Position numbers and translations under genes: made by a program
In this document: in pieces, positions 13,065 to 24,055 of the stretch
Layout of the letters: every line of letters begins with the position of its first letter
Position numbering within the stretch: position 1 is the stretch's first letter
The notes under the pieces: generated by a model
Database searches by the model: none
What the model was told of the DNA's origin: nothing
The model's input: only the letters and a program-made list of their open reading frames with translations
Source: Harriotta raleighana
Taxonomy: Eukaryota
NCBI GenBank assembly: GCA_050575255.1
Contig: JBNZDD010013718.1
Location: forward strand, 3,405,098 to 3,469,097
Length of the DNA stretch: 64,000 nt
Direction of reading: 5' to 3'

Positions 13065-13400
13065 TATGACTGCTTCTGCTGTGCGCAATTTGGCTGCCGC
13101 GTTTCGCTCGCAAATATACAGTTGGTTTTTCCTGTTCTCCTTCCACCTACCCGACCCCTTCCCTTGCCATCTTTTCCCCCTTTCTCCCTAACCCCACTTC
13201 CATGACTGTTTGTGGGACGCTGCTGTGCGCAATATGGCTGCTGCTTTTCACCCACAAATATAGTCAATTTTCTTCCTACTTTCCCCTCCCCCCCACCCCG
13301 TTCTGATCCCTATTTGACTGTACAGAGCTTTGGGATGTCCTCCCAACATGAAAGGTGCTATATAAATGTAATATTGATTGATTGATTGATTGATTGATGA
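13065..13400 (+). mobile_element. Composite Deu-domain/L2-tail element with (GATT)n end
   Basis: Two Deu-core pieces (about 13067-13122 and 13202-13268), each followed by a pyrimidine-rich tract, then GGGATGTCCTCCC..TGAAAGGTGCTATATAAATG and (ATTG)n. Confidence 0.7.
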
Positions 13401-14694
13401 TGGGTATGAAATTTAGATATTCGGAGGCATAACAATCAGTTTCCACATGCTCCAGATTTCCAACTGAAGAATGAAAGGTCAGATCCAAAGGTGATTGGAA
13501 AAAACACATGTAAAGGTCCTGAATGAAGGACCCGACCTACTCTGCTCCTGTTTCTAGCCGTATAGTGGTAGATTTTCCTACCAGTTGATGAAGTTGAAAT
13601 GTCACTTCGGAATATTTGACCATTTGGCCATGGTTAGTGTTTTGTGGTTAATGATGACATTTGGTGCTGACATTTTCAATGTATGATTAACAAGAGAAAT
13701 ATCACAATATCTAATTAAAAACAGGAACCTTATCTGACCATCAAAATATCTCAAAGCACTGCACAACATTTACTGTAAAGTATAAGTGCTTCTGTATGTG
13801 CAGGCGATCATAGAAGTCAATTTGCATTTGCACAAGTAAGTCTCAGTCAAATGTCCAGCTCTGAAATGCCCAATGTAATATAATATCCTGCAACATTATG
13901 TTAGTGTTATGAATCATTTTGTTGGTTCACACCTTGTTGAACAAACAGAGTTTGCCATTCCTTTCAAAGTGGCCTACAGGTCATGCAATGGAGATCTCAA
14001 TCTATCTTCTTCTGCATGAATTGGTGCTGAGTCAGTTGAAGAAACTGCATTTATGTCCTTTGGATGATGAGTCCCTCCAACGCATCATGGCTTTGTGGAG
14101 GATTTTTCACTTGAGCGACAAGACTTCCATGGTTGAACAGCAGAGATGAGCATCTTTAGTGAACCTTGTGTTTAGTCTTAGGTGCAATCCCTTCCTCGAC
14201 TTGTTCCTGATAAATCATCTTCTTCCTATTGCTGTTCAGGGATGATGATAGTGTCCAATTGGGATGACCACAATAATGTGATTATGGATTTATATCTATG
14301 GAGATATGAGGAAAGCATTAGATTTTGAACAAAACCTCAGCAACATAACTCATCAAGTCTTTGCATGAATCTGAACATCACTCATATTGCATTAAACATG
14401 AAAAAGCAAATGCTTTAGCATGAAGAACATTCACGGTTAGTTTTAATGAATTACTGTATACAGGTATATTATTGCATACTAATGTATTAATCAGGCTTAG
14501 TAAAGCCATCAGAAATGTAAGATTCCTATTGTAGGAGATAGAAAATAATAGATCTTTTATTATTTAAAAGCCTATGTTAAACCTATTCTCCTTTGCTCAA
14601 ATCACTTTACATTGCCTATAAAAATACAGAAACTAAACTTTATAGTGAATTATATGATGCACTTTGAGATGTCCTCATGAGGACTATTCCTATT

Positions 14695-15010
14695 GTGGAG
14701 TCCTGTAGCTTAGTGATTGGAGTAGTTGCCTCACAGGCGAGAGACCAGGGTTCAATTCGTAGCAGCACGAAACCTTGGACAAGTTTCCTTATTCTACATG
14801 CCTGATAATAATCCCTCATGAAAATAATAATTTGTAAAGTTGACCACTTCAATAGACGACTGTTTGTGGGACACAGATGTGCACAATTGACTGTCACATT
14901 TTGCTCACAAATAAACAGTCAATTCATTTTACAGTATATTCTGAGAAGCGCTTGGAACATCTAAAAGATGTGAAAAGCACTACATTAAATGCAAACTTTA
15001 TTATTATTAG
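14695..15010 (+). mobile_element. Full-length young tRNA/Deu SINE
   Basis: GTGGAGTCCTGTAGCTTAGTG...GGGTTCAATTC head, Deu core, L2-like tail with (TTA)n. Confidence 0.9.
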
Positions 15011-16239
15011 TATAAGGATTATTTATTATTTATAATTACCTATATTAATAATTGCAGCTATTCTTCTTGTATGTATTTTTTATTACTTGTATTACTTTGA
15101 AGTTTATTAATAGGCTTCTTTCAACAATCGTTTGCAATGTGTGTAACTCTAGACACGGTTCAGTTTTTTTGCAATTATTTGACATCCCATATGATGGCCC
15201 TGCGGGGTATAATTTGTATAAGAAACACATGTCGTAGTTTACTCAGTTATTTCAGCCAAACCTTAAGCACGATATATCATTTCTCACTCTCTGGTTTTAG
15301 AGTCCAGAACCTTATCCATATCCTTCCCCATTAAAAAAGGCCTTTTGTGAATAGAAAGATTGTTTGTTGTTAGTCATTGTGGTGTACACGTCATTTTTTA
15401 TTTTTAAAATCCCCATCTCTGCTAAAGGGCTTGAGGAAGAGATGACAGAACAGTATTCTTTAAAGCCTGTTAAAGTCTGATGAGATACGTTTGACATTTC
15501 CAAAGAGGGAGGTGTTTAGATTAGATTCATGAAGTCTTGGGGTGTCCCTTCTTCTGCCTTTTAAGTCTGTGTCAGTGTTATTGTGTGTACATTGGACAGA
15601 AGAAAGTAAGATTCAGAGATGCCACTATTTATAATTAGGTCTCCACATTCGCATGACAAAAGAGCACTTGGAGCATTGAATGGGTGGTGCCTGGATTCCT
15701 CTCCCCAGCAGTCGAGCATAGGAACCGCATGTTTGTCATGTCAGTCAACCTGAACACAAGAAAGAGGAACAAAAGCATAAGTACAAATGATTTATGCCCC
15801 AAGTAACATCCTATTACTATTAACTTGTCATTCTTCTATCTAAATGTTTTATTAATCATCACTAACAACAGCAGGTAGTAGAATTCACAGTTCTTGCTCT
15901 AGTTGAAGATCCTAAGTCTATTGAACTAAGGCTAATCTCAAACACTCACCTGAAAATATGTTTTCAAGCAATATGATGGGGAACAATCCACAGTATAATG
16001 CAGCGTTTATTTGTTAATACTGCAAGAACATATCCTTCCATGAAAATTCCTTAAAACAAGCTCCCAATCCACTTTGTGAAATGGTCCTCATGAAGCTATT
16101 GCTTGTCACTGTACCGCAAATCAAGCACTACAACCAAGCACTACAACACTTCAGTGGTGACTTTCAGACATTCAGTAAACATCTCTGAACCAAACTGATA
16201 CAGGAAGCAAGAGTTCACAGGATGACCCACGGTTTAGAC

Positions 16240-16570
16240 CAGTGGTTCCCAAATCAGGGTCGTGGGGATCCTCAGTTGGGTCGCGAAGAGTCATCAGAAT
16301 TTTTTTTTGCCTTTTTTAATGCTAAAGAAAGTGCCTGAGGCGACACTGCTGACCAATTTATATGAAAGAACATACTTACAAGTTGCGCTGAATCCAAAAA
16401 GAGATGGAGATAACGTTTAGCCTGAGCTTCGCTTCGGTCACGATGTCGCCCCCTTAATGGTGGGAGGACCGGTTGGAGGTTAATTTGGTTCGCAGCATAA
16501 AATATTTGGGTCGCAAGGACCTGTTGGTGGTTAATTTGGGTTTGCAGCAAGAAAAAGTTGGGAATTACTG
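16240..16570. mobile_element. hAT (Charlie-like) MITE, 331 bp
   Basis: TIR CAGTGGTTCCCAA / TTGGGAATTACTG; exact 8-bp TSD GTTTAGAC at 16232-16239 and 16571-16578; internal TTGGGTCGC repeats. Confidence 0.92.
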
Positions 16571-18519
16571 GTTTAGACAAAGGAGGTCTCTGGCCTGAAA
16601 TTCTATCTCACCTTAGACCATGTTGCCTTAAACTTTAAATTGCATAAAAATCCTTCAACTCGGTTTGAATCTGGAAACTGCTTCTTTTTAAGAACAGCAA
16701 GAAATTGACAATACATGTTTTCACTGTTCTGCAATTCTACCCAATCATAAATTTCAAAATTAAATTGTCATTTGGCCCCTGGAATCTCATTCTGACTTGT
16801 TAAATGTTCCAACTTTAAGACTGTCTATCGTACCACTAGAGAAATTCGAAGGGATTAAAAGGAGTATTGCTGTGTATTTATACTGCAATGCTGCTAACAA
16901 ATTTTCTGCTGAAACATTGTGCTAAAGATGCCTCAGCTGAAGGAGGATCCACTCTGAAATTCAACTCCAAAGCTTATTTTAAAATGCAGTATAGGTACAG
17001 GTTCAGCCTTATTCTTCACTTGTCTGTCAATTTACCAACTTGTACAAAGTGTGACCTAGCTTCAAGTTGGTTAAATCTACTGACATGTAGAATTCTGTGG
17101 GAATAATAAATGTATTACTGTATTAATAATCTCTTTGAAATAGTGACTTTAGAATGTTCTATAAATCCCTTCATTTTCAAAGGGTTAACATGTGTTGTAT
17201 GGTTTATCTTTTATTTGTACCTGAACTTTTAACATTGTCCACCCCATTGAGCTGTTCCTGGCATCGTATAAATATGATGGTGGTTGTTGAATTATAGCGT
17301 GTCTATAGTTTTCAAAAACAAGTTAAGTTTAAACGAAGAACATATTAAATACAGAAAACAAACATAACATGGTTTTCTTCAACATCCATATGTGGAGTAA
17401 AACAACATGATTTAAGTCACAAGAGCATGATGATGTCATATGCTTCTCTCTCAATCTCATAAAAAGAAAAACACTTGCATTTTTATATAGCAACTTTGAT
17501 CAGGGCTCAACAACTTTTCATCAGTAGTTTATCATTATGAAGGAGTACAAAATACTGCATCAATCTAACATAATCCTGCACAAAATCATCTTAGATCCAT
17601 TCCATATTTCATTTTATTTTCTGCCTTGCTCCCCAAAATATTGCCAACCTTGATTTGGGATAACTTCGGTTTTAATCAAAATCACATTATGCAAAACAAA
17701 AAGTCCTTTTATAAAAAAGACAAGTTTTTCAACCATGGGGAGTGGGTGGGGAAGTTAGATATTTGAAACTATCCCTCCCCACTTGGTTTACTCAGGATTT
17801 CAAGTTATTTGTGGTTAAGCTTGTTAAACCAGTTCGCATCAGCAAAACATTCCTGATCCAGTTTTGTGGGGGAAAAATACATTGGTAAAGGAATTTTAAA
17901 AATGTGCAAGGTTTTGAACTGTTCTACATGGAAAAACCGATGAAATCATGAAAGTCTTGTTCATTCTTTACAAACAAAATCAAAGTTTTCATGGGTGAAT
18001 ATCAGACTTTTGTTACTTACTTACCTGATCAATAGTGGCTATATTTAAAAGCATGTTGTTCTGATTCAACGCAAACAGTAGAAATTACTGCGTGCTTCAA
18101 TGTAACTGTAATTTTGTGTAATGCAGAAAAGAAAGGGAACTATCACAGTTTTTATTATCACTCTTTATAACATGACAAACTCAATACATCAAGAGGGTCA
18201 ACATTAACTTTTGTTTAAAGCATTTTGCTTGCTTATCTTCCTGAATGTTTATTTCTAAAATCCTGCTGTCTGGTTTGCCACCCAAATTGCACAATGCCCA
18301 GCTGTTAGCTGGGAAATATGTTTGGACTTCTTCACTCAGTTAACATAATGCCTGGCTCTAATTTGAACATGTGGCAGAACTGCAGAATGTCAGAAAGTTT
18401 TAATGATATCAACTGAAATACGTACGATAGCCTTAGTTGTTAATGAATCAACTTTGGATTATGTTTAGTGTGATATGCTGCTCAGTCACCGATCCATTGA
18501 GCAGCTGCTCCAGCTAGGT

Positions 18520-20215
18520 ATTTTACACAATACTTTTATAGATTATGGTTCTTAAATGTCCATGATATACATAAGCCACATTTGCCATTATTAAAGCATG
18601 AAAAACACTTATTACAAATATTACAAGGATAAATGAGCTTAAAAAAAAATGAATGTTCGCCCTGAATACGAGTTGACTGATTAAAGGTCTTGATTTTAAA
18701 GCAGTTCATTTCTTCTTCGCACACAGGGTGTGCACACATTTTTTACGGGGACATTCCCTTTAAAACAGTCGGGAGTAACCCCAATGTGCACCACATCCAT
18801 ACCTGCGCCCACACACGCCCTGATAAGGTCACCTGCTGCTTTCAGAAGGTGGGCAGATGTGCATCGTAAGCGCACGTGTTTGTCGGACATACATTTTCGG
18901 GACGCTCTTTGCTTAACTGTTGAGCGAGCCCCTGTAGCTTCACGTTTTCTACCAGACTGTTTTGGAGGCGCTTGTGGGCTGCCCGGTGAGTGCGCCCTGA
19001 CCGGTTTGCGCAGGAACATCTCCTTCCGGGGTCAGGCCCCGTTTGGCTTCTGCCATGGTTCATCCGAACTTCAGCTTGTCCCTCAGTACGTATCCTAGAG
19101 TGCACAGAGCTGAGACAGGCTCGCACTGTCCCCTCAATCTGCCACAAGTTTCGGGACTGCCAAAGGGCTTAGTTTACGGAGTTTATGATCCTCCAGGCAC
19201 ACTCGATGTGGGTTTCAGCAAGTGCCGGGGAAGAGGCCGTACAGCACTGAGTGCCGTGACAGCGGGTCCCCAGGCATGATCCATGCGGGTATCCATTCCA
19301 TCTTTTTTCAAACCGCATTTCCCATACAACACTCCAGGAAGAGGTGGTCCACGGTCTCCTCGCCTCTGCAGCCATCCTGAGGGCAGCGTGTTGACTGGCC
19401 CAGGCGTCGCTTCTGCATGAATGACCCGAGTGGAAGGGCCTCTATTATGGTCAACCAGGTCATGTCCTGATGTTTGTTGGTCAGGGCTGGTGACGAGGCA
19501 TTTCGCTAGACATAGCTGGCCGTCACCTCAGGGTACCTCCTGAACAGATCTGCCCTCTACCCCTTTCGAACTGTTTTGGGCAGACCACTTGGTGATTGCA
19601 TGGAGGTTTGGGATGGTGTTTTTCAGAGTTTTCTGTATACAGGACAGTTGTTTCGGCATGCTCCAACTGTACAGGCGGGAAGCCCAGAGTCGCAGCATTC
19701 CAGGCACTACCCTCAGGCAGCTACACACAAAGGTGGCCATTAGGATCAGGGATATGTTGGGCACCCCTCTTCCCCACTTTTCTGTGTCACTGTGCAACGT
19801 GTCCCTGTGAACATGATCCATCTTGGACCTTCAGATCAGGTGGAAGACCTCTCTGGTGACTGAAGTGGCATTATTGTTGGTCAAAAGGCTAGACCTGGGC
19901 CATGTACAGTAACACCGAGAGGGCTTCAAACTTTATCTCCAGGTTTTTTCCATTGATGCACTGCGAGGGCTAGTGCATCATCACCAGGTTCTTCCTCGTT
20001 ATACATAGACAGTCCTCCCAGTTATTTTGGCTCACCCCAGCAGCCCTGAACCAGATGTCAAGGACTTTGATGTAGTCTGGCCTCACCTTGAATGGTATGT
20101 GACTGTGTTCTTTCCAGTCTCTAAAACACATCACTTCACTGGCAGTTGACCTTGGCCCTCGAGGCTTGCTCAAACTGGTCTCAAATAGCCAGCAGGCTTG
20201 AGACTGATTTGTTGG
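18520..20215 (-). mobile_element. 5'-truncated, decayed Tx1-clade (L1 superfamily) non-LTR retrotransposon: ORF2 C-terminal half plus 3' UTR
   Basis: Minus-strand translation with stops and frameshifts: DQFEQASRAKVN..., IPFKVRPDYIKVLDIWF, GRGVPNISLILMATFVC, NASSPALTNKHQD, zinc knuckle RCPQDGCRGEETVDHLFLEC, terminal YVLRDKLKFG near 19070-19095. The 3' boundary (18520-18700) is uncertain. Confidence 0.88.
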
Positions 20216-20219
20216 TCTG

Positions 20220-20300
20220 TACAAAACGACAACAACAAAATACAATAAAATTACACTTGTAGAGCGCCTTTCACATCGGGAGGATGTCCCAAGGCACTGT
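20220..20300 (-). mobile_element. L2-type 3' tail abutting the Tx1 truncation point
   Basis: CAA-rich run ...TTGTAGAGCGCCTTTCACATCGGGAGGATGTCCCAAGGCACT. Confidence 0.65.
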
Positions 20301-21136
20301 CCCAAAATCCAGTACATGGTGCAAAAAAGCGAAAATCTCCTCAGTTCAGACTGAAATTTGCTTAATACTATATATATGACCACATGAGGAAAGGGAAGAC
20401 TCACCCCAGCTCCGCATTGGCTAGTAAAGTGAAAGTTATACAAGACAGCACCAAAATAAGGGGGAGCTGAAATTGTTAAACCGTTTTGATTTTGGACAAG
20501 AAAGTTCCTGTCACTAGAAATGTTGTAAAGAGGTAATCTTGTTAGTTGTCTTTATCCCGCCTTCTGATTGTAAATAAGGATCCAGCCAGAGAGGTAACCT
20601 TGAGCTTTTTATCTCAAAGTAGGGCAAACTAACTGCAGTGAGGCGCCTCTAGTATCGGCCACTAAACCACCGACTGATAGAGGAATGAGCTGTACTGGGA
20701 GGGGTCACCAAGTTAAACTTAAAATGAACCTCAGTTTACTTAGTGACTTATAAGACGTTTAGTATGTCGCAAATGAAACTGTTAACTCCTTTAGTGCACT
20801 TTACTCTGGTGTAGTGAACAGCAGTGAAATGTGGTTTAATTTAATTTAATTTCCTTCTGCATTGACGGTCTTCAGCATTCCTGTACATTCTGGACACCAG
20901 AATTGTTTTCTTTCTCCATATTTTACAAAACATTCTTTAAAAAAATATTTATACTGGACAGGAAGGAATGCCATCAATATGCCTCCAGATAAAATTTGCT
21001 TTTTAATTATTTTTAGATGTTTAGTGAATTATGTTGAATATTTTTACATTGTTTCACGGCTTAAATTGTCTGCAATTGTCTTTTACAGGATGTGTACATA
21101 ACAAACCAACAACACAGTGTAGTACTGCATATTAAC

Positions 21137-21348
21137 AACCACAAACAACATATTGCATTTATATAATGCCTTTCATGATAAGAGGACATCCCAGGTGGAA
21201 GGCAATGGAGGTTTTTCACTTGAGCAGGAGTCTGGAATTAAGCACAGTGGTGGCCACATGGGATGGAGGTAGGAAGATGATCGAAAGCATACCTCAAAGA
21301 GGAAGGTCTTGGGATGGGCCTTGAAGGAAGCAATGAAGGAAGTGAGGT
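21137..21348 (-). mobile_element. L2 LINE 3' fragment
   Basis: Reverse L2 tail (TTGCATTTATATAATGCC) plus GGAAGGTCTTGGGATGGGCCTTGAAGG, the reverse of the FKxxLKTxL end of ORF2. Confidence 0.6.
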
Positions 21349-21633
21349 ACGATGTGCATGTACAAGAAGTCCACTACCAATCACAACATTACAGTATTTT
21401 CAAATCCCAATGATGCTTTCTTTCCCAGAAATTAGACATTTCCAGGCAGGAATCATTTATTCTTAAATCTGTATTAAAAGCATTTTCTGTAGAAGATCAA
21501 GCAGAAAAATATGTTTTTTTTACTATATTTGTAGCATCAAATAACACTGTAAGTGGAATTATTTCACATGTAACATATCTTTTCAGAGTAACTACTGGCA
21601 AATGCTGTTTTTTTAAAAAGACAAATGTTCATA

Positions 21634-22358
21634 CAGGCAGTCCTCAAGTTACGTCAGGGTTAGGTTCCTAAGATGTGGTGTAAGTCGAATTTGTATATAA
21701 GTCAAGTCACCCCCCTATAATGCTTACAGTAACATACAGTGATTGGTTGTAGTGTATAGTGAGCTGCCCTCTCTCCCCTGCCCCCCTCCTAATATGTACA
21801 GTTCTGTAAATAAAATAAAATATTACTATACTTACATGGCTTCATTGTGAGTCTGGCACTCGATGTAGCGCAACACAGGAGATCACATGCGACATAGCGC
21901 AACACAGGAGATCACACGCGATGTAGCGCAACACAGGAGATCACACACAATGTAGCGCAACACAAGAGATCACACGCGATGTAGCGCAACGCAGGAGATC
22001 ACATGTGACGTAGCGCAATGCAGATCACGCATGACGTAGCGCAACGCAGATCACACGTGACGTGGCGCAGTCTAAAGGCTGGAGAGTACTGTCCCGCCGA
22101 GCTCACAGACTCACACAGTACCTGTACAGTACACACTCGCGTCTCGCCTCCGTCCTGTTCCTGAATGCGTATCGTGGGCCCGTGAGTGTTGAGAGCGGCG
22201 ACTCCAGTTTTCTATCGGGCGTGGGGCAACTAAAGTATTTATATAGTAGTGTCGTAACTTCGAGAACTTGGATGTAACTCGGACGTAATTTTACTGATTT
22301 TAAGTGTCGTAACTTCGAATTGTCGTACCTCGAAACGTCGTAACTAGAGGACTGCCTG
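21634..22358. mobile_element. Non-autonomous pogo/Tigger-type MITE, 725 bp
   Basis: 20-bp TIR CAGGCAGTCCTC(A/T)AGTTACG with one mismatch; TA TSD at 21632-21633 and 22359-22360; repeated TCGTAACTTCGA subterminal motifs at the right end. Confidence 0.93.
21861..22070. repeat. 29/26-bp minisatellite inside the MITE
   Basis: Five 29-bp units (CGATGTAGCGCAACACAGGAGATCACACG), then about 2.5 26-bp units lacking 3 bp. Confidence 0.95.
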
Positions 22359-23594
22359 TATTTGATGAACGATGATAAGTGATGTCGATTTTTTGAAGTT
22401 ATAATTTAATTTCTAAATTGAAATTCATACAAACAAAAATGTGCATTTTCTCCAGCTGAATGAATCTCTGGCAGAATTATTTCCTCTGGAATGTTCTTGT
22501 TTCATCATGTTCTTCCACTGTTAATGCTGAATCGTAACGTCAGGCTGGGACTGTACTGTAAAATACAGATAGATTGTAACACAATACACAGCACAGTACT
22601 AAACAGAAAAGTAGTCTGATCTAAGAGTTCAGTAAAAATGAGATCCAATTACTTTCATAGAAAATGAAAAGCATTACACACCATTCTGGTATTCAAATAT
22701 GCAAGATGTTTTGAATTATTAAGGCAACTTGTTGCTTAGAGTTGTTGAAGGTGTTGAGATATACATAAGTTAGGATCAACACAAATTAAGAAAGTCAAAG
22801 CAGGAATGTATTGTAAAGTGTGCATCACATGAGTAGGTGGTAACTATAACATCTCCCCTGTTCGTGAGAAAATTAACCAGCTAAACTTACACGTTCTTTT
22901 TATTCAAAAACGTTCAAAATGTGTTGCTGTTCTGTGTATATATTGTATAATTGTTGCTGTAATTGTTTCTCCGAGAAGTTATCCTACATGAAAGGCACAA
23001 AAGAAATGCCATTTTTTGTTTATATAATATTGTGGTCTACAGAGACTATTCTACAGAGGTGCACATATATACAGTAAACAGATACAGTGGATATGCAGAG
23101 ATTGACGTTGACGTTTGTTTAAAAATTGCCTGTGAGATTCCCTAATGGGAAGGATTTCAATGACACTATTCCACAGAAGGTCAGAATAACCCAAACACAA
23201 AAAGGACGCAACAACTTTCGTTGGATTCCTTTCTCTAAACAAAAGACAAACAAACAATTGACTTCTGACCTCTCCATGTCAAGCGATTGGTGTGAAACTG
23301 TTAAATGTTCGTCACCATGCGCGGGTGAGGTCATGCAGTCTAATTAGTGGCCGTGGACTGGTTAGTGTTTTTATGATGATCTGTGATTGACATCAGCAAC
23401 CATAAATAAACGTTAATAGTACTGTAATACTGAGCAGGAAACAAGTCTTGAGATTTGAAATTACATCCATTTTTCAAAATGTTTCAAACCCAAATAAAAA
23501 CTGGAAAAATTCTCTGTGGGGGAGAATGATATGAATTACATGAACTGAACTTCCCCAATGCCTTTGCTGGTGAAGCCAAAACCAATGTTAAATT

Positions 23595-23880
23595 AGGTCT
23601 GAGGGTCAATTTCTGGTTTGTGCTGAGTTGCTGGTCAAACGCTACCATTACCATCCCCTTACGCAGTGCTCAGTAAGCGCTCTGAGATGCCTTCTGGCAT
23701 GGAGGGCGCTATATAAATGCAAGTTGTTTTTGTTGTCGTCAGCCAGGATTACTTACTCTGGATTGCTATTCGGAAATTCCCATCTGGAAAAGAATAAGTA
23801 TACTTGTAAATGTTGGACAAAGACTTGATCAGTATGAGCTATGATGCTCCTCATCTCAGCTATCTGGGCTTCACATATCA
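23595..23880 (+). mobile_element. Ancient SINE interrupted by an L2-type tail (about 23640-23740)
   Basis: GGTCAATTTCTGGTTTGTGCTGAGTTGCTG, then insert ending GGGCGCTATATAAATGCAAG and a TTG-rich run, then TCAGCCAGG...; flanks match 6130-6410. Confidence 0.55.
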
Positions 23881-23959
23881 CAAATTGACTAGTTGGGACC
23901 AGTGAATGTCAATGTTTCACAAACTTGCATGATTAAGGGCCTTCATACAGGATTACATT

Positions 23960-24055
23960 AATATAGTCAAATTACTTTATAACAATTTCTGTGAAGTGCT
24001 TTGAGATGTCTCAAAGACGTGATAAGGCGCTATATCAAAGGCAAGGATTATTATT
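23960..24055 (+). mobile_element. Young SINE 3' fragment
   Basis: TCTGTGAAGTGCTTTGAGATGTC...GCGCTATATCAAAGGCAAGGATTATTATT. Confidence 0.8.

Noticed and set aside
14695-14770. tRNA-like sequence with A and B boxes (also 3190-3258 and 39130-39201)
   Set aside because: These are SINE heads that continue straight into the SINE body, not tRNA genes.
19970-20443. Longest ORF (157 aa)
   Set aside because: Chimeric read-through of unique DNA, an L2 tail and decayed Tx1 ORF2.
20635-20665. CTCF-like site GCGCCTCTAGTA
   Set aside because: Needs an indel or several core mismatches to fit the consensus.
21861-22070. CRISPR-like array of 29-bp repeats
   Set aside because: Units are head-to-tail with no unique spacers, lie inside a TIR-bounded MITE, and the DNA is eukaryotic.
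23374-23433. C/D snoRNA-like ATGATGA...CTGA
   Set aside because: No terminal stem and no recognisable rRNA/snRNA guide.
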